Of a stretch of 64,000 nucleotides of DNA, positions 59,179 through 64,000 are shown piece by piece. Numbering within the stretch: the first letter of the stretch is position 1; every line of letters begins with the position of its first letter. The notes below the pieces were generated by a model. The model had not been told where the DNA came from. It saw only the letters and a list, made by a program, of their open reading frames with translations, and ran no database searches. Made by a program: the position numbers and the translations under genes. Origin of the DNA: Eledone cirrhosa (lineage: Eukaryota); NCBI GenBank assembly GCA_964016885.1, contig OZ024756.1, positions 3,286,001-3,350,000 of the forward strand. Reading direction: 5' to 3'.

Positions 59179-59287
59179 TTATAATTTATCAAATTGAAGC
59201 TATAATGCGTGTGTGTTTATGCAATTAACAAAATTTCCTTTTTACAATGGCAGATGCGCGCGCACGTAAATTGGTATGTGAAAATAC

Positions 59288-59325
<38 letters not shown>

Positions 59326-59554
59326 ATTAGTGTTGGTGTGGCGACGGTATATATACGTGTAATTTTTTTTCTTTTTTATATGAAATATATATACATATGT
59401 GGAGTCATATGAAATTACATATTACAAATAATATAAATATTGATGTGTTTGTAAATAAATAATATATATGATGTGTTAAAAGGTGTCATGTCATTATTAT
59501 TTTTTGTTTCATACAATAAATACCACACCTGGGCGTAAATGATAGCAACACCAG

Positions 59555-59647
59555 GACTCCTTTAATGAAAATCATCCAAGGTTACTTCCTATTGTTTATA
59601 TTAAACTGGAGACGGATCAGGTCCCTCCGGCTACATTGAGAATATCA
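59555..59647 (+). CDS. Candidate cadherin-like exon, DSFNENHPRLLPIVYIKLETDQVPPATLRIS
   Basis: Spacing fits cadherin N(D/E)NxPxFxxxxYxxxxxExxPxGT. GTGAGT donor at 59648, with alternative donors slightly downstream; acceptor is weak. Confidence 0.4.
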
Positions 59648-59832
59648 GTGAGTTTCAGGTCGGACGTTCATCAACAAGTGTGACACACACACATATATAT
59701 ATATGTGTGTGCGTGTGTGTGTTCGGAAGAGGTGTATATATGTGTGTATAATTGCAGTACCGTAGCCTTCGTATTGGTAAGTACACTCTTGTTACAAATC
59801 CTTGTGTATTAAGCTACCATTTTTTTCTTTAG

Positions 59833-59900
59833 TACTGTATGGTGTAGTAGTAGTAGTAAACTCCTCGGCATCAAACCTGACACGATCAACATTCCATCAG
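59833..59900 (+). CDS. Candidate exon, TVWCSSSSKLLGIKPDTINIPS (frame uncertain)
   Basis: Strong acceptor TTTTTTTCTTTAG; 3' boundary uncertain. Confidence 0.25.
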
Positions 59901-59920
59901 GGTCACAAGGCGATTTCTTT

Positions 59921-59962
<42 letters not shown>

Positions 59963-60035
59963 GAGAGAGAGAGAGAAAGTTATCTAGCCGAAATTGCCAA
60001 GTTCGCGGTGGCGCCTCAACATTCACTAGTGTATG

Positions 60036-60077
<42 letters not shown>

Positions 60078-60249
60078 CAACAGATCCTTTGTATCCAATA
60101 TTATAATGCTCCGTATACTAGTATATATATATATCAGGGATATATATCAGGGATTAAATCCACATTCCATTATAGGTCGTATATATGTATATATATATAT
60201 GTTTATATTATATTTATATTATATTATACAAATATATATATACATATAC

Positions 60250-60281
<32 letters not shown>

Positions 60282-60691
60282 TTGTTTGCGTGTGTGTGCG
60301 TATGCGTATGAGTGTATGTGTGTGAGTGTGTGTAATTTTATGGGTTTTAAATATATTTCATACTATACTGTGTTAAATGGGAATATTATATTATTGTGTG
60401 TGTTAGTGTGATTCTGTGTTTGTGTATGTGTGTGTGTGTGTTTCTGTGAGTACTTCTTGAACGTGTGTGTTAGTGTGGGTCTGTGTGTGTGTGTTTATGT
60501 GTATATGTGAGTGAGTACTTGTACATGTGTGTTAGTGTGAGTCAGTGTTTGTATGTGCTCCCACAGTTCTTAAAAGCATTGAGTGGGAGTGTGCGGATGT
60601 GTGCTACCTATCCGGCATAGATAGAATGTGTGTGTGTATGTACATATATATATGTATGTATGTATTTATGCAATGCATATATAGATACATG

Positions 60692-60753
<62 letters not shown>

Positions 60754-61063
60754 GTAATATTACTAGTTATTTTACATAGCCTGCCTCAATAGAGTACAGA
60801 GTTAAGCAGGCGAGGCATTGCTCAACTGACAGGCTAGGGAGAAAAACTCACTGATTCGATATACATGTACCACAAGGCCCTTTCCTCTTCCATATATGGA
60901 ATAGAATAAGTCCCGCCTTCTATCCACTTAAATTAACCAATCATGTCACACCACAATTCAACAGACACTAGTCGGGGAATGGAGAATAAAGTGACAGAAG
61001 GTGTCTTGCTCAGCTTAGTAGTTTTTCAATATTACAGACTGACAACAGCTTAAGTACTGTGTG

Positions 61064-61151
<88 letters not shown>

Positions 61152-61324
61152 CACATATATATAAACACATATATACACATATATACAGACATATATATAT
61201 ATATATATATACACATATATATACATATATATATACACACATATATATATACACTTATATATATACACACATTTATATATATACACACATATATATATAT
61301 ATACACATATATATATATACACAC

Positions 61325-61355
<31 letters not shown>

Positions 61356-61663
61356 CACATATATATATATACACATATATATATACATATATATATATTA
61401 TATATATATACACATACCTATATATATACATATATATATATACATATATATATACATATATATATATACACACATATATATAGACACACATGTATATATA
61501 TACACATATATATATACACATATATATATATACACATATATATATATACATATATATACATACACATATATATACACATATATATATACACATATATATA
61601 CACATATATACACATATATATACACACATATATATACACACATATATATACACACATATTTAT

Positions 61664-61699
<36 letters not shown>

Positions 61700-61866
61700 C
61701 CAGGAACCTCCAACCGTTCAGGTTCTCTTTTTTTCCTGGTTTGTCAATATTTATTTATAAAACAAATCTGTATTTTATCTGATGAAAGCGCACCATAATT
61801 TGCCTTGGTTGCTCTTGAAATATGTATAATAAAATAATTATGGTTTTATAAATGTAGTTTCCATAT

Positions 61867-61871
<5 letters not shown>
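61700..61871 (+). mobile_element. Family C element; hammerhead at 61771-61836
   Basis: TATTTTAT CTGATGA AAGCGC..GCTCTT GAAA TATGTA T A ATAAAATA. Confidence 0.82.
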
Positions 61872-61925
<54 letters not shown>

Positions 61926-61927
<2 letters not shown>

Positions 61928-62671
61928 TCAAATGATATTAAATAAATGTAAACTATATTTATAAAACCATATTTATTCTATTATATATATTTCAAGGGTA
62001 CCAAAACCTTTGGTACGCTATCATCAGATAAAATACCAAATGTTTTATAAATATTTGATATGACCAAGTTATCCCTGGATAGGTTAAGATAATATAATTG
62101 TTTCTACTTTTTGGCACAAGGCCAGCAATTATTCCAGTGTATTACTGGTACTTTATTTTATCAACCTCGTAAGGATGAAATGCAAAGTTAATCTCGGCGG
62201 GATTTGAACTCAGTCCGTAAAGGGAAGTAACTGTGCTACAAAGCATGACGTCCGACAATCTACCGATACTGCCCTAAGATAATATAATATATAATAATAT
62301 ATAGGTTATAACAATATTCATCCATGCAGAATAGTGTTGCGTATGTGCTGTGGTGGTATATTTAGTGCGATTCCGTGGGGGTGGAAGTGCGAAGGAATGA
62401 GGGAGTAAAAGAGATAACTTGAACCGTTAAGGTATATCATCCTTGGTCATGACAAATATTTATAAAACATTTTGTATTTTATCTGATGATAGCGTACCAA
62501 AATTGTTGGTACCCTTGAAATATATATAATAGAATAAATATGGTTTTATAAATATAGTTTCCATTTATTTAATATCAATTGAATATTTACTCAAGAAAAT
62601 TCTGCCGAGTGCTTTGAATCAGTTGTAAACATCGATATTCGTTGGATTTACAACAAGTTAAATATCTCTTC
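61926..62671. mobile_element. Longest family C fold-back element; hammerheads at 61974-62035 (-) and 62475-62536 (+)
   Basis: Inverted arms. Internal 62300-62410 is homologous to 58985-59100; a SINE is nested inside. Confidence 0.85.
62099..62274 (-). mobile_element. SINE family A with a 14-bp target-site duplication
   Basis: TAAGATAATATAAT at 62085-62098 and 62275-62288. Confidence 0.92.
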
Positions 62672-62673
62672 TA

Positions 62674-62880
62674 CAAAAGTATGACCCCGACGGCGGAGCT
62701 CAAGCCGTTTCGATAGCTATTTCTGGACTAAAAACTTTTTAGTCGAAAAATAGCCGTCGAAACGGCTTGAGCTCTGCCGTCGGGGTAATACTTTTTCCTA
62801 TTTCCCACTCTACTACCCTAAGTATTGAGTACTCTGGTGTGTTATGGTCCATCTGGTTTCTTACCACTATTCCTTTGTTA
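62674..62880 (+). mobile_element. Family B element abutting the family C tail
   Basis: Arms plus tail. Confidence 0.88.
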
Positions 62881-63607
62881 TATATATATATATGTGTATA
62901 TATATATATATATAGTGTGCGTGTGTGAGTGTGTATTTATATATACACATATATTATATATATGTGTGTGTGTGTGTGAGTATGTATTTATATATACACA
63001 TATATTATATATATGTGTGTGTGTGAGTGTGTATTTATATATACACATATATTATATATATATGGGTGTGTGTGTGTGTATGTATTTAGATATACACATA
63101 TTTTATGTATATGTGTGTCTGTGTGTATGTATTTAGATATACACATATTTTATATATATATGTGTGTGTGTGTATGTATTTATATATAGACATATTTTAT
63201 ATATATATGTGTGTGTGTATTTATTTATATATACACATATTATATATATATATGTGTGTGTGTGTGTGTATGTATTTATATATAGACATATTTTATATAT
63301 ATATGTGTGTGTGTGTATTTATATATATATAGACATATTTTATATATATATATGTGTGTGTGTGTATGTATTTATTTATATATAGACAGACATATTTTAT
63401 ATATATGTGTGTGTGTATTTATATATAAACAAATATATATATGTGTGTGTGTGTATGTATTTATATATACAGATATATTATAAATATATGTGTGTGTGTG
63501 TATGTATTTATATATACACATATATTATATATATATGTGTGTGTGTGTATGTATTTATATATACACATATATTTATATACATATATTTACATATATGTAT
63601 ATACATA

Positions 63608-63662
<55 letters not shown>

Positions 63663-63872
63663 GTGTTAATACATATAAATATGTGTCTATATATATATAT
63701 GTGTTTATATATATATGTATGTATATATATGTATATATATATACATACATATGTGTATATATATATATACATGTATATATATATACTTGTATATATATAT
63801 ACATGTATATATATATACAAGTAAATATATATACATGTATATGTGTATATATATATATGTATATATATATAC

Positions 63873-63903
<31 letters not shown>

Positions 63904-64000
63904 CATATGTGTTTATATATGTTTCATATATACATATGTGTATATATATATATATGTTTTTATATATACATATACGTATATATATATATATATATATATA

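Overview
Extremely AT-rich, microsatellite-saturated eukaryotic DNA, with (TA)n, (CA)n, (GA)n and (ATT)n tracts. The SINE families and simple-repeat load suggest an octopus-like coleoid cephalopod, probably intronic sequence (inference). Nearly all listed ORFs are translations of simple repeats. Real content: about 22 copies or fragments of a tRNA-derived SINE, two CORE-type SINEs, RTE and other LINE remnants, piggyBac-like and hAT-like MITEs, several minisatellites, and a few short candidate exons, some with cadherin-like spacing. The main signal is at least 8 distinct families of short (100-450 bp) non-coding elements inserted into (TA)n. They usually occur as fold-back (inverted) structures and carry type I hammerhead ribozymes, several of them minimal with a palindromic stem III, as known from Penelope-like element pseudo-LTRs. 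Manual folding shows compensatory base changes between copies, two recurrent non-canonical cores (CUGAAUGA and CAGAAGA), a shared 3' hairpin motif across otherwise dissimilar families, and one high-copy family (about 20 copies) that keeps only half a hammerhead inside a co-varying palindrome. Family letters A-S are my own labels. All folds were done by eye and ribozyme activity is untested.
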